Source: Acidobacteriota bacterium (GTDB lineage: Bacteria > Acidobacteriota > UBA6911 > RPQK01 > JAJDTT01). Taken from it: a DNA stretch of 64,000 bases. Position numbers and translations under genes: made by a program. A model generated the notes under the pieces. That model made no database searches. It saw only the letters and a list, made by a program, of their open reading frames with translations, and had not been told where the DNA came from. The first letter of the stretch is position 1; each line of letters opens with the position of its first letter. Of this stretch, positions 20,288-29,875 are shown piece by piece. The stretch spans positions 5,632,001 through 5,696,000 of the forward strand of contig OZ253580.1 in assembly GCA_965263035.1 (NCBI GenBank), in the 5' to 3' direction.

Positions 20288-21265
20288 ATGAACCAGAGTT
20301 TCGATGTGGATGGATTCATCCGCCGTATTGGTGAACGGCTCGTCGACGAATTCAAGGACGCCAAAGCAGGCACGACTCCATCGACCGTAGGGGCGGCGGC
20401 AGAGCAACCGGTGAGGGATCAACTGGCACAGGTCTTGCCTAGAGGTATAGCAGTGGGAGAGGGTTTCGTGATCGACAGCTATGGCGCGACGAGTCGTCAG
20501 CAGGATGTAGTCCTTTACGAGCGGGATATTTGTCCCGTGTTTTCGATAAACAAAACTCCGCAGACGACGTATTACCCGTGCGAAGGGGTCATCGGTGTAG
20601 GCGAAGTCAAGAGTTCGCTGGATCGGGACTCCCTGCGTGACGCATTCCAAAAGGTCGCATCCGTAAAGCGCCTCCGACGGCACGTCGTACATCACCTAAT
20701 TCCTAACCCCAAGACCGGGGAACTATTCCCCATGAATCGCAACTACCTGACGCATGGGGAGTCGATACTTCGGATGGATGAAGCATCGGACCGCAAGGAA
20801 AGGCTACAGATATTCGGGTTCGTGTTGGCGGGCGCATCACGGGTAAAACAGGAAACGCTGGTAATGACCTTCCGAGAACTTGCTGCGCAGATGGGAGACG
20901 GCTTGTCACCTAACCTGTTAGCGACATTGGATGGTCACGCCATTAATTGGGGCAACATCGGAAAGCGAGAGCGGAGAGAAATACGTCAGTCTAAAGATGG
21001 CACGTACAAGTTGACCGTATACAAGGACGGTCCCCAGAGCTGGCAGGCATCGTGGTCGGCAGAGACTGCGGCGCATGTTGGTGCATCCGAAAACGCCGAT
21101 GCGTTCCGCTTGCTGGTGCGCTGGATAAGGCAGGGCGCTGAGTTGGGTAGAACCAGCGACATAAGGTCGTTTGACCGCTACTTTGAGGTACGATCCTCTG
21201 GCGAATCGAATGCCATGTGGTGCATTCCGAAGCTGAGGACACGGCGAAACCGCATCAAGACATGA
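20288..21265 (+). CDS. DUF6602-like protein (PD-(D/E)xK nuclease-like)
   Basis: GAAAE...GEGFVIDSYGATSRQQDVVLYE...YPCEGVIGVGEVKS. Confidence 0.75.
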   Translation: MNQSFDVDGFIRRIGERLVDEFKDAKAGTTPSTVGAAAEQPVRDQLAQVLPRGIAVGEGFVIDSYGATSRQQDVVLYERDICPVFSINKTPQTTYYPCEGVIGVGEVKSSLDRDSLRDAFQKVASVKRLRRHVVHHLIPNPKTGELFPMNRNYLTHGESILRMDEASDRKERLQIFGFVLAGASRVKQETLVMTFRELAAQMGDGLSPNLLATLDGHAINWGNIGKRERREIRQSKDGTYKLTVYKDGPQSWQASWSAETAAHVGASENADAFRLLVRWIRQGAELGRTSDIRSFDRYFEVRSSGESNAMWCIPKLRTRRNRIKT

Positions 21266-21405
21266 AGGAGTTGCGTAGCGAGGTCCCTGATCTCAGCGAC
21301 CGCATGGGAAAGATCGAAGGGCCGCTCGGCATGCTCCGGGAGTTCTTTGTCCGCAACGGACTTCTAGATCGTCATATGGCCTGTGTTGGCCAGGCGTGCC
21401 CGGAC

Positions 21406-21433
21406 CAAGGGATAAGGTATAGGCCCCCAGGCG
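21406..21433 (+). repeat. ~27-bp direct repeat, copy 2
   Basis: See 20160-20186. Confidence 0.6.
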
Positions 21434-21609
21434 TTGTCCCAGCTGCTCCCCTGCTGTGGCTGATGAGCAAGATCCTCCACGATTCCTACCAGGGAAGACC
21501 TCCCAGAGCTTTTTGTTAGACTGCCGAGAAAATGCACCCCTCGGAACTCGGAGCTCAAGGCCAGAGACAGATCTTGGTGTCCCCTTTGGGGAACCCACGA
21601 ACCCCCGCA

Positions 21610-21909
21610 ATGTGGGTGGTGGGTCCGCTGTTCCTGCCCTGGTTGCAAGAGGCAATCCGGGATGAAGAGGTGGCCGTGATCTTCCTGAAGGAGTTCTGGC
21701 CTCGGATCGTGGGGGATGAGTTAGCGAAATCGACGGTGCCGCTACGTTTGCGCAAACGCACTCTGGAGATCGGCGTCTCCGGCCGCGAATGGGAGCGGGT
21801 GCTCCAGGGGATGGCGCGGCCCTTGATGTCCAAGGCCAATGAGTTCTGGAACCGGTCTCTGGTCCGCCGTCTGGACTATCGCGTAGTTGACCCCTGGCCG
21901 GGAGATTGA
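21610..21909 (+). CDS. DUF721/DciA-like domain protein (possibly 5' truncated)
   Basis: WPRIVGDELAKSTVPLRLRKRTLEIGVSGREWERVLQGM fits the DUF721 pattern; start uncertain. Confidence 0.55.
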   Translation: MWVVGPLFLPWLQEAIRDEEVAVIFLKEFWPRIVGDELAKSTVPLRLRKRTLEIGVSGREWERVLQGMARPLMSKANEFWNRSLVRRLDYRVVDPWPGD

Positions 21910-21938
21910 TCTGCTTGAGGCGGTAAAGGAAGCTTCAA

Positions 21939-23858
21939 ATGTCCACTGCAACTCTGACAAGCTTAGCAATGCTGAAGGTTAATATCGACCGAGGGCAGGA
22001 TTACCTCGACTATCTACGGCCCTTCATTCTTCAGGTGCTTGTCACACACAAGCCAGACCCGATAACGGATGCTGCTGTCCAGGATCTCATCAGGATCGAC
22101 TTCGGACTGGAAATTCCTCGTCGCGCCGTTCAGATCGTGCTCAAGCGGCTATCGCGCCGATATCCGCTGAAGAAAGCATACGGCGTTTATCGGATCAACG
22201 GGGAACTGCCCGACCCTAAAATTGCCGTCAGAAAGACCGCAGCCAACCGACACATTCAGGCCGTGCTGTCGGGGCTGGCCGAGTTTTCCAAGGGCACCTC
22301 CAAACCGATTATGAGCAACGATGAAGCCGTTACCGCGATCTGTGCCTTCCTCACGCAGTTCGATATCCCGTGTCTGCGAGCCTACCTTCGTGGCACAGCA
22401 ATTCCGACTATCGAAGGTCAGCACTCCGCACAGATCGTTCTCGTGAGCAAGTACGTCCTGGCTTTACAGAACACCGATCCAGAACGCTTTGAGAGTTTCC
22501 TCGTAGTCGTCAAGGGCCACATGTTGGCAAACGCTTTGCTTTGTCCAGACCTCACGAACGCTCCGAGATCGTACACGGGTGTGACCTTCTATCTGGATAC
22601 GCCACTTCTCGTCCAGCGGTTAGGACTTGAAGGATACCCAAAGCAAGCGTCGGTGAGGAGTTTGGTCGAGTTGCTCCACAACTTGGGCGCCACCGTTGCG
22701 ACGTTTTCGCATTCACACAATGAACTTAGCGGCGTAATTAGGGGTGCGGCTCAATACGTGGATTCTCGGTACGGACGTGGGCTCATCGTGATGGAGGCCC
22801 GCCGCCGTGGAACGACCAAATCTGACTTGCTTCTCTTGGCGGGCCAGATCGACGACAAGCTCGAAGATGCTCGGATTGACGTCCTCAATACGCCACGGCA
22901 CATCAAGAATTTTCAGATCGATGAGGCGGCATTCGAGACGATGCTTGGAGACGAAGTGGCGTACTTCAATCCTCGCGCCAAAGAACACGATATTAATTCT
23001 GTTCGCAGCATCTACGTGCTCAGAGCCGGCACGTCCCCGTCAATTCTGGAGCGGGCAAAGGCCGCTCTTGTCACAAGCAATGTCGGGTTCTCTCAGGCTG
23101 CATTTCAGTATGGGCAGAATCACGCGGAGTCGCGTGAGGTGTCGAGTGTGATCACGGACTTTAGCCTTGTGAACATGGCTTGGCTAAAGGCTCCACTCGG
23201 TGCTCCAGCCGTTCCTGTGTTCGAGCTGTTGGCATTCTCGTATGCGGCACTAGAACCACCGAGCGGACTATTTGAGAAATACTTGAGCGAGATTGATAAG
23301 TTGGCGCAGCAAGGAAAGATTACCGCTCGGGATCACCAATTCCTACGAAGCAGTCCGTTAGCCCATGCGGAACTGATGAACTTGACGCTCGGAGAGGAGG
23401 AAGCGCTAACCGAGCAGTCGATTCCAGAGATGCTCAATCGGGTGACGGAAGAGATTCAGAGCGAAGGAAACGCCAAGTACACGAGCGAACGCGGCGCGCA
23501 TGAACAGACACAGAAGAAGCTTGCCAAACAGCTCACAACCACAGAGCGTATTCAGAAACGCTTGTACTGGCGTTGCCACCAACAGGCGACAGTGGCCGCG
23601 TGGTGCGCGTCGATAAGCATTAGCTCATTTCTTGTTGTCGGGCTAGCCGCTACTGGTGTTGGTTTACGATCAAACAATGCCATCGTAGGATGGCTGCTCC
23701 TGGCGGCATCGGTCGTTGTGGCCGTGTTGACATTGGGAAATCTGATTTTCGGCACTAGTGTCAAGCACCTCCACGAAAAGGTGCAGGCTCATTGTTTGGC
23801 TTGGCTCCTTAATCGCAAAGCGGCTGAAATCGGACTCGATCTTTCTGAGCTGCAATGA
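21939..23858 (+). CDS. Uncharacterised 639-aa protein: putative wHTH + PIN-like domain + coiled coil + 2 C-terminal TM helices
   Basis: Lower-GC long ORF with RBS AAGGAAG; TFYLDTPLL PIN-like start motif; two hydrophobic C-terminal helices. Confidence 0.75.
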   Translation: MSTATLTSLAMLKVNIDRGQDYLDYLRPFILQVLVTHKPDPITDAAVQDLIRIDFGLEIPRRAVQIVLKRLSRRYPLKKAYGVYRINGELPDPKIAVRKTAANRHIQAVLSGLAEFSKGTSKPIMSNDEAVTAICAFLTQFDIPCLRAYLRGTAIPTIEGQHSAQIVLVSKYVLALQNTDPERFESFLVVVKGHMLANALLCPDLTNAPRSYTGVTFYLDTPLLVQRLGLEGYPKQASVRSLVELLHNLGATVATFSHSHNELSGVIRGAAQYVDSRYGRGLIVMEARRRGTTKSDLLLLAGQIDDKLEDARIDVLNTPRHIKNFQIDEAAFETMLGDEVAYFNPRAKEHDINSVRSIYVLRAGTSPSILERAKAALVTSNVGFSQAAFQYGQNHAESREVSSVITDFSLVNMAWLKAPLGAPAVPVFELLAFSYAALEPPSGLFEKYLSEIDKLAQQGKITARDHQFLRSSPLAHAELMNLTLGEEEALTEQSIPEMLNRVTEEIQSEGNAKYTSERGAHEQTQKKLAKQLTTTERIQKRLYWRCHQQATVAAWCASISISSFLVVGLAATGVGLRSNNAIVGWLLLAASVVVAVLTLGNLIFGTSVKHLHEKVQAHCLAWLLNRKAAEIGLDLSELQ

Positions 23859-23985
23859 CGACATTTGGAGAGTCAATCGTGGAGGAATCCGCCTTGGTCT
23901 GGGTTGCTCCTATCTATACTTACTTGTCCGCGAGTTCTCCCGCTCTCCCGGCTCCCTTTTCAGCCCTATACCCCCTCGCTGTGGT

Positions 23986-24966
23986 TCAGACGGAAATCCT
24001 CTCCACCAAGTTCCCGCTAACGCGCCGCCGCCGGTCGTAGATCTGGGTGGTGCGGGGGTGGGCGTGACCGGCCAGGTACTGGACGTCTTCGAGCGGCACG
24101 TTCTGGCTGAGCAGATCCGTGACCACCAGGACGCGGAACGAGTGGGGCGAGAGGATCTTCGGCAGCCCGGCCGCCTTGAGCCGGCGCTTGAGCACCAGCT
24201 GCACGGCCAGAGGCGACATCGCCCGATCGGTGAGCGGACTGGAGCGGCGCTGCCCGGCCCGATACAGTGGTGAGGCCTGGGGCGCATCCGTGAGCCCGGC
24301 CCCTTCGAGGTAGGCCGCGATCCATTCGTCGAGATCATGGCGCACCGGGATCTCCCGCGACTTGCCCCCTTTCTCCGCAAACTGCAGCGACCGGTGGTTG
24401 CCGTTGTCGCGCAGGTCCTGGATCCGGAGCCGGCTGATGGCCCCGACCCGGGCGCCGGTGTAGATGAGCGTCCCGAGGACCGCCCGATCCCGAAGCCCGT
24501 ACACGTCGCGGGTTTTGATGGCGGCGAGGAGACGGCGCGCCTGGTCGACACTCACCTCGGGCGTGCGGCCCTCCCCGAAGGGATGGCGCACCCCCCGGAC
24601 CGACTGGAACGGATTCAAGACCGCCGCGTGCCGGGCCACCAGGACGTCGAAGAAGTGGCGCAGCGCCGCGAGGGCCTGGTTCTGGGTGGGGGCGGCCCCG
24701 GGGAGCTCGTCCAGGAACCGGCCGGCCAGGCCGGGGGTCACCTGGTGCAGCTCCAGCCCTTGGTCCTCGCACCACGCGAGGAACCGACTCACCTGGTGGG
24801 CGTAGGCGGTCCGGGTGTGGGGATTCGAGATTCGCGCAGAGAAGAACTCGTCCGCGGCGAAGCAGGCCGCCTTGCCGGCTCTCACGAGAATGGCCGGGAA
24901 GTCCCCTTGGAGGTCATTTGTTGCCGGTGAATCTCCGGTTCTGAGGGCGAGGTCGGTGTCGCTCAT
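23986..24966 (-). CDS. Tyrosine recombinase 3 (XerC/D-like resolvase type)
   Basis: NPHTRTAY, GLRDRAVL, GARVGA, EKGGK, HSFR, LAGH, TTQIYD. Confidence 0.92.
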   Translation of the reverse strand: MSDTDLALRTGDSPATNDLQGDFPAILVRAGKAACFAADEFFSARISNPHTRTAYAHQVSRFLAWCEDQGLELHQVTPGLAGRFLDELPGAAPTQNQALAALRHFFDVLVARHAAVLNPFQSVRGVRHPFGEGRTPEVSVDQARRLLAAIKTRDVYGLRDRAVLGTLIYTGARVGAISRLRIQDLRDNGNHRSLQFAEKGGKSREIPVRHDLDEWIAAYLEGAGLTDAPQASPLYRAGQRRSSPLTDRAMSPLAVQLVLKRRLKAAGLPKILSPHSFRVLVVTDLLSQNVPLEDVQYLAGHAHPRTTQIYDRRRRVSGNLVERISV

Positions 24967-24970
24967 AGTA

Positions 24971-24998
24971 GCTACGTATAATATACTTTATCGTAATC
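24971..24998. promoter_or_regulatory. dif-like 11-6-11 site immediately upstream of recombinase 3
   Basis: GCTACGTATAA-TATACT-TTATCGTAATC versus E. coli dif GGTGCGCATAA-TGTATA-TTATGTTAAAT. Confidence 0.55.
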
Positions 24999-25193
24999 TG
25001 ATCTACGCCCCGGACTCCTGGTTTTCCCCGTCGGCCGGGGGGCGATCGAGGCGTTGCGCGGCGAACGCTCGGTGCAGGAGATCGCGTTGTCGGCATTAGA
25101 GCCGGCGTTCGCGGCCCTTCGCGGCACGGCCTCCCGAAGTGGGGCGCGAACGGACCGTCATCGGCATCAGGTCGCGCGGTCGCACCCTCTCCG

Positions 25194-27482
25194 CTACGAA
25201 GCAGGAGTCGCCAGAGCTTCCCAGAACGACCGGATCTTCGGGTCGGTGTCGGGACGCCCGACGAGACCCGCCATGATTTGCTTCGGCAGGAACCGTGGGC
25301 GCAGGAACTTTTTCCGCTGTCCCCTCGTGGCGCGTTCTTCCAGTCTCATGATGCCGTGTTCAACCAGCTGGCGCTGGAGCCCATCCCATCGGGGGTCCGA
25401 GAAGAGACTCGATAACGTGTCGTCCTGTAGGCACACGAGGGCGGTTCGGCGGTACACTCGCATCAGGCGCTCCATCAAGTTCATCTCTGCCTCCGGCACC
25501 GCGGGACCCTTCGGTCCGAAATCGTCCGTGATCGGAGCCCCACACGACTGTAGCGTGTCCGTGATGAACGACGGGTCGTAGTTCGTATCCGTCGTATCGT
25601 CATTGTCGACCACACGAATGCCTGTCACATCATCCATGCCGAGTCCGGTCAACTCCAGTCGCGTCGACTCTAGGCTGACCCTAGGTTCGTACAGCCGTAC
25701 CCCGTTCGCCTCGCACGCCACGAACCGAGTCGACGTGAGGTCAGTGCGCCGCATGACTACGTCGATCAACGAACATTGACTCAAGGTGACGTTCTTGAGA
25801 TCGCTGCCCGGGAATACGACGGACTGAATCGTGCAGCCTTGGATGCCATCTGAATCCCGGCAGCCCTGTTCCTCCCGCAGCAACGCCATAGCGAGGAGCC
25901 CGGCATTCTCCCGCACCTGCGCCGTCCGGCGGCTCTCCTGCTCGGCCGCCTTCGAGAGACGGTCCAGCCGTTCCTGCAATCGGTTGCCGTCGGCCGGCGC
26001 ATCCGACGCAGCCGTCTCCTGCGCTACCCGGTCGGCAACTTCCTCGGGTAAAGCAGAACGACTCAGGATGACGCGTAGATTCGCGTCCGCGGCGAACTGG
26101 GCCGTAATTGTTCTGGCGAGAAAGAAGAAGAAGAAGAGCTCGTGTTCGAAGGCGATTCCGCCGCGCTCCGACGGTGCGTCGCCCCGGCCGAGAAAGGCCA
26201 TCGCCGGTAGCCGCTCTACAATCACCTGCTTTGCGGTGTCCGGCAGCCCTGCGTCATGGACGAAGTATTCCGCAACGAAACGAATCGAGCCGACATCGAG
26301 TCCGCGGGTTTCCTGGTTCCACATCTCCTCCGCGAGTTCCTGCATCAAGTTGCCGAACTGGTCTGTGGTCATGAGAGGTCGCGAGTTTCGATCCAACAGC
26401 TTGTCGTTCAGTTCTCTCGACGAGTACTCTCGCACGAGCGTGCGCAGCAGATCGTCGCCACTGGAGAACGAGGGGTCATGCTGCAACATCTGGACGACCC
26501 GCGTGAAGAACAGCGGCTTCAAGGCCAGAGAGGGATGGTCCTTGAAGGTGTGCGTCACGCGTTTGCAAAACGTCTCTGCCTCCGACGAGGACCAGCCCTT
26601 CTTCTCGATCCGTTTCAGGTAGTCCTGTCGATCTTCGTCAGACCACTCCTGGATTTGAACCGGCACGTGGGACCACGCCTGATCGCCGGTGGTCGAAGCA
26701 CGCCCAGCCCTTTCGAGAAACTCCTCCTCGTAGTACGTGGACCGGGCCGACACGAGAATCTGACCGTCTCCATGGAGCTGTTCGAGGAATCCCGCGAGCG
26801 AGCTGAAGGCGTCGTCGTAGCCACTGACGCCGAGTAGCTCGTCGAATCCGTCGATGACCGGCACGAGGACTCCGAGCTGTGCCAGGACCGCGACGGAATG
26901 ATAGGTGAGACCGACCTTCAGGTCCTGTAGCTCAGTCGCCAGCGCCTCGCTCAACCGTGCGAGCGATCGCCCCTGAGCGTTCACGTAGAGCAGCAGCCTA
27001 GAAGTGCGTCCGCTCAGATAGGCTTCAGCCTGCCGCCGCACGAGTTCCCGCAGGACAAAGGTCTTGCCGGCGCCTGGCCCACCGGTGACCATCACCACTC
27101 GCGTTGTGTCGGCTTCCTTACCGAGCAGGTCGGTGAGGACTTCGATGGCTGCCCCGGAACGGTGCGGGGATTCTGCCCGCGTTGGAATGAACAGCATGGG
27201 TTTCTGCGCCGATTGAATCATCTGCGCGACGTGACGCAGATCGGCCATGCCGGGTCCGGATGCGAAGGTGCGGTACAGAACGCGGGATGCACCGCTCACC
27301 GTGACCCACACGCCCTGGTCTCGCGAGACGGAGAACGTAGCCTCTTGCGGTTCGCCGCGCATGGTCCAGCTGGCGCGGAACCTGCGGTCGGACCCATCGA
27401 CATCGACCCTTGTGCCCGGGTCTCCGAACGATGCCAGATCGTGCCTGATGCGTTCGTTCCAGTACGCAAAATAGTCATTCAT
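25194..27482 (-). CDS. NACHT/STAND family P-loop NTPase with pentapeptide-like C-terminal region
   Basis: Walker A GGPGAGKT, Walker B VIDGFDE, LVSAR, KPLF, FEHELFFFFFLA; ATG 27482 overlaps upstream stop (ATGA). Confidence 0.88.
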   Translation of the reverse strand: MNDYFAYWNERIRHDLASFGDPGTRVDVDGSDRRFRASWTMRGEPQEATFSVSRDQGVWVTVSGASRVLYRTFASGPGMADLRHVAQMIQSAQKPMLFIPTRAESPHRSGAAIEVLTDLLGKEADTTRVVMVTGGPGAGKTFVLRELVRRQAEAYLSGRTSRLLLYVNAQGRSLARLSEALATELQDLKVGLTYHSVAVLAQLGVLVPVIDGFDELLGVSGYDDAFSSLAGFLEQLHGDGQILVSARSTYYEEEFLERAGRASTTGDQAWSHVPVQIQEWSDEDRQDYLKRIEKKGWSSSEAETFCKRVTHTFKDHPSLALKPLFFTRVVQMLQHDPSFSSGDDLLRTLVREYSSRELNDKLLDRNSRPLMTTDQFGNLMQELAEEMWNQETRGLDVGSIRFVAEYFVHDAGLPDTAKQVIVERLPAMAFLGRGDAPSERGGIAFEHELFFFFFLARTITAQFAADANLRVILSRSALPEEVADRVAQETAASDAPADGNRLQERLDRLSKAAEQESRRTAQVRENAGLLAMALLREEQGCRDSDGIQGCTIQSVVFPGSDLKNVTLSQCSLIDVVMRRTDLTSTRFVACEANGVRLYEPRVSLESTRLELTGLGMDDVTGIRVVDNDDTTDTNYDPSFITDTLQSCGAPITDDFGPKGPAVPEAEMNLMERLMRVYRRTALVCLQDDTLSSLFSDPRWDGLQRQLVEHGIMRLEERATRGQRKKFLRPRFLPKQIMAGLVGRPDTDPKIRSFWEALATPAS

Positions 27483-28057
27483 GAGGACGTCTGCTCCAGG
27501 CACTGGATACGTACTCCACAATCGCTCAGGGCCCGATCGTTGAGCCCTTCGCCGGCTGCGCGCCGCCGCATCCAGGCGGCACCCGCCGGGTCGGCTGCAT
27601 GGGCCGAGAGAGCGGCGGGTAGCAGGTCATCGTCGTCGCTTACGATTCCGACTCTCGACTGGCCGAGCGTAGCCGCGAAGACGGCGTCGTGGCCGAGCAT
27701 GGCGTCGACCATCTTCTGCCGTCTAGGTTTGGCTTGGAGCCTTACCGTACCTCGCAGCTCGATGTCTGAAAATTGGAGCATCGTTATCGCGAGTGTCGGC
27801 CGAAGGAGCAGTCCTTGCCGTCGGCCGCGGAGCGCTGGAAGCAACGGCAGCAACAATAGTGCGGACGGGCTGTGAACGCCCTGTTCATCGATCCAGCCGC
27901 CGTACAGACGCACATCCAGTTCACGCAGGCCCGGGAACGCAGCATGCGACGCGCGAGCGATCAGATCGAGGAGTTCCGCCGTACGGATCTCGACCTCGTG
28001 CTCGAACCTGATGCGCGGGCAGAGGTTGTCGTAGTCGACGAGTGCAAGGCCCTGCAT
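27479..28057 (-). CDS. NYN (LabA/DUF88, PIN-like) domain ribonuclease
   Basis: LVDYDN, QKMVD, IVSDDDDLLPA acidic motifs. Confidence 0.8.
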   Translation of the reverse strand: MQGLALVDYDNLCPRIRFEHEVEIRTAELLDLIARASHAAFPGLRELDVRLYGGWIDEQGVHSPSALLLLPLLPALRGRRQGLLLRPTLAITMLQFSDIELRGTVRLQAKPRRQKMVDAMLGHDAVFAATLGQSRVGIVSDDDDLLPAALSAHAADPAGAAWMRRRAAGEGLNDRALSDCGVRIQCLEQTSS

Positions 28058-28205
28058 TCTCTATCGTATTCCAAGCAAGGGTTAGTCGACGAATTTCCGT
28101 AAGTTATTCATAAAAAGTGGTTTGCTTTAAGTGCTCAGGTCTCGATTCCCACTTTCGAGCGGGAATCTGCGGGACCACCGAAGCCGTTCATCTCAAATTT
28201 GAACA

Positions 28206-28445
28206 TCAGCCCTTCACCCGCCGCGGGTCGTTGCCCGGAGCCACCGTGTCCTTGTCGCGGATCTTGCCGTCGACGCCCTTTGTCGTCAGCTCTCCCCCGC
28301 CCTGCTTCTTCAGCATCTCGCGGGCGGTGGCTTGGGCCTCTTCCTGCGTGCGATGGACGCTTCCCGCGCGCGAGGCATTGTTTCGCTTGTTCTCCCAAGT
28401 CCCATCGGGGCGACGGGACACTGTACGATCTTGCGGCTTGCTCAT
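28206..28445 (-). CDS. DUF2188 domain protein
   Basis: W..KR..ASRA..VHRTQEEA...AR...K.QGGGEL..KG.DGKIRDKD...PGNDP. Confidence 0.88.
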   Translation of the reverse strand: MSKPQDRTVSRRPDGTWENKRNNASRAGSVHRTQEEAQATAREMLKKQGGGELTTKGVDGKIRDKDTVAPGNDPRRVKG

Positions 28446-28870
28446 GCTGCCCCTTCCTGCTGCTCTAAGAGGGTATGGAGGCAATCCCATATATACTATC
28501 GTAGGTGACCGACAGGACTAGACCCCAAATAAGCGTGATCCAAGGGGGGCCTGTTAAAGAGTACCGGAAAAGCTCATCCTAAGTTTCCCCCGCACAGGCA
28601 GGGATCTTTTGGACAGTGTCCGTTAACTGAAATTTTCGGAAGCCTATCGAGGCACGGTCTCGTTTCGAGGAATGTCTCCGAGGTTACGAACAACGAAGCC
28701 CGTAGAAGGGCCTGAGATCGATGATCTCCCTTGAGCCAAGGGGTAGGGGGCACAGGCCTTTACGCGCTATCGCAGTCCTGCATCGGTTCCAGCAAGGGAT
28801 CGGGGTCCTGACAATCGCACCCCGGTACATCTTGGCCCTTTTCGCCTCTAAAGAATCCCGGGACCGGCGT

Positions 28871-29875
28871 TCAGGCTCCATACCGGAGGCGAGCCACGGC
28901 ACCCCGACCGGCCAGTTGTGCACGGGCATAGTGGCCTGGCATCTGGGGAGACGACCACCGGCCGTCGATCTGCATCTCGACGATCGTGGCCCCATTTGCG
29001 ACGAGACTCTGAGCCGATCCCACCCGGAGGCTGTGGCCAGAAACCCGGCCCTCGATATCGGCGGCGGCGGCGCGGCGTTTCAACATTAGCCGGAGCCCGG
29101 AGACCGAGAGTGGCTGATTCCCGCAGACGTCCCCTCGGCGTACCCGGCGAAACAGGGGCCCGGTGGAGAATCCGGCCCTATCGAGCCAAACTCGGATTCT
29201 TTTCACGGTGCGGGGCCCGAGATATTGCACGGCTCCCTTGCCCTCCGGGTCGGACTTCGAGAATCGGATGGTGAGACGCCCGGAGCCGTCCGGCTCAAAA
29301 ATGACGTCCTCGACCACCAGGGCGCATAGTTCCGAGACCCGGAGCATGGCATCGCTCATAACGGAGATGATCGCGGCGTCTCGCAATCCGGCCAGAGAGT
29401 GATTCCCATTGGCGGCGAGGGCGGCCATAACGTCCGCATCCCTCCATTGAACGCCTTTCACTTGCCCGCGTCCCCGTCCCTTCCCCTTGCGGCGGAGCCC
29501 GGCGAGGACGGCTTGACTTACGGGGCCTACCGGGGACGGCTGGCCGGTGGTCTTGGATTGGAACCGGACGGCGGCCACCAACTGCCCGGCAACAGCGGGC
29601 GATTTCCCCACATCGTGCAAGCTGGTGAGGTATTCGGCAAGCGTGTCATCCGTGAGGGGCTGCCCGTCCAGGTAGTCGTAGAGACGTTGCAGCTGCCCCT
29701 GGTAGGCGGCTCGGGTGTTGGCCGAGATACTGGCAGCCGCCAACTCGCGGGCCCCGGCGCTGATCCGGGCCAGTGGTCCGACTCCGGAAGACATTGAGGG
29801 GGACACTTCGAGGGCGTTCTTATTGGGCGTCGTCGTCTTTTCCTCGGTGACATTGCCAGTAGAATAACTCACCAT
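28871..29875 (-). CDS. Cre-like tyrosine recombinase 4
   Basis: SANTRAAY, GLRDAAI, MLRVSE, SKSD, GHSLRVG, GRW, HY; start may be 29875 or 29794. Confidence 0.92.
   Translation of the reverse strand: MVSYSTGNVTEEKTTTPNKNALEVSPSMSSGVGPLARISAGARELAAASISANTRAAYQGQLQRLYDYLDGQPLTDDTLAEYLTSLHDVGKSPAVAGQLVAAVRFQSKTTGQPSPVGPVSQAVLAGLRRKGKGRGRGQVKGVQWRDADVMAALAANGNHSLAGLRDAAIISVMSDAMLRVSELCALVVEDVIFEPDGSGRLTIRFSKSDPEGKGAVQYLGPRTVKRIRVWLDRAGFSTGPLFRRVRRGDVCGNQPLSVSGLRLMLKRRAAAADIEGRVSGHSLRVGSAQSLVANGATIVEMQIDGRWSSPQMPGHYARAQLAGRGAVARLRYGA

Noticed and set aside
25042-25086. AIEALRGERSVQEIA, similar to an IS3-family OrfA fragment
   Set aside because: Only about 15 codons with no ends or OrfB; too little to call an element
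28583-28606. GTTTCCCCCGCACAGGCAGGGATC resembles a single type I-E CRISPR repeat (solitary repeat / RNA anti-CRISPR idea)
   Set aside because: Single degenerate copy with a mismatched stem, no spacers or cas genes; also resembles generic REP-like palindromes
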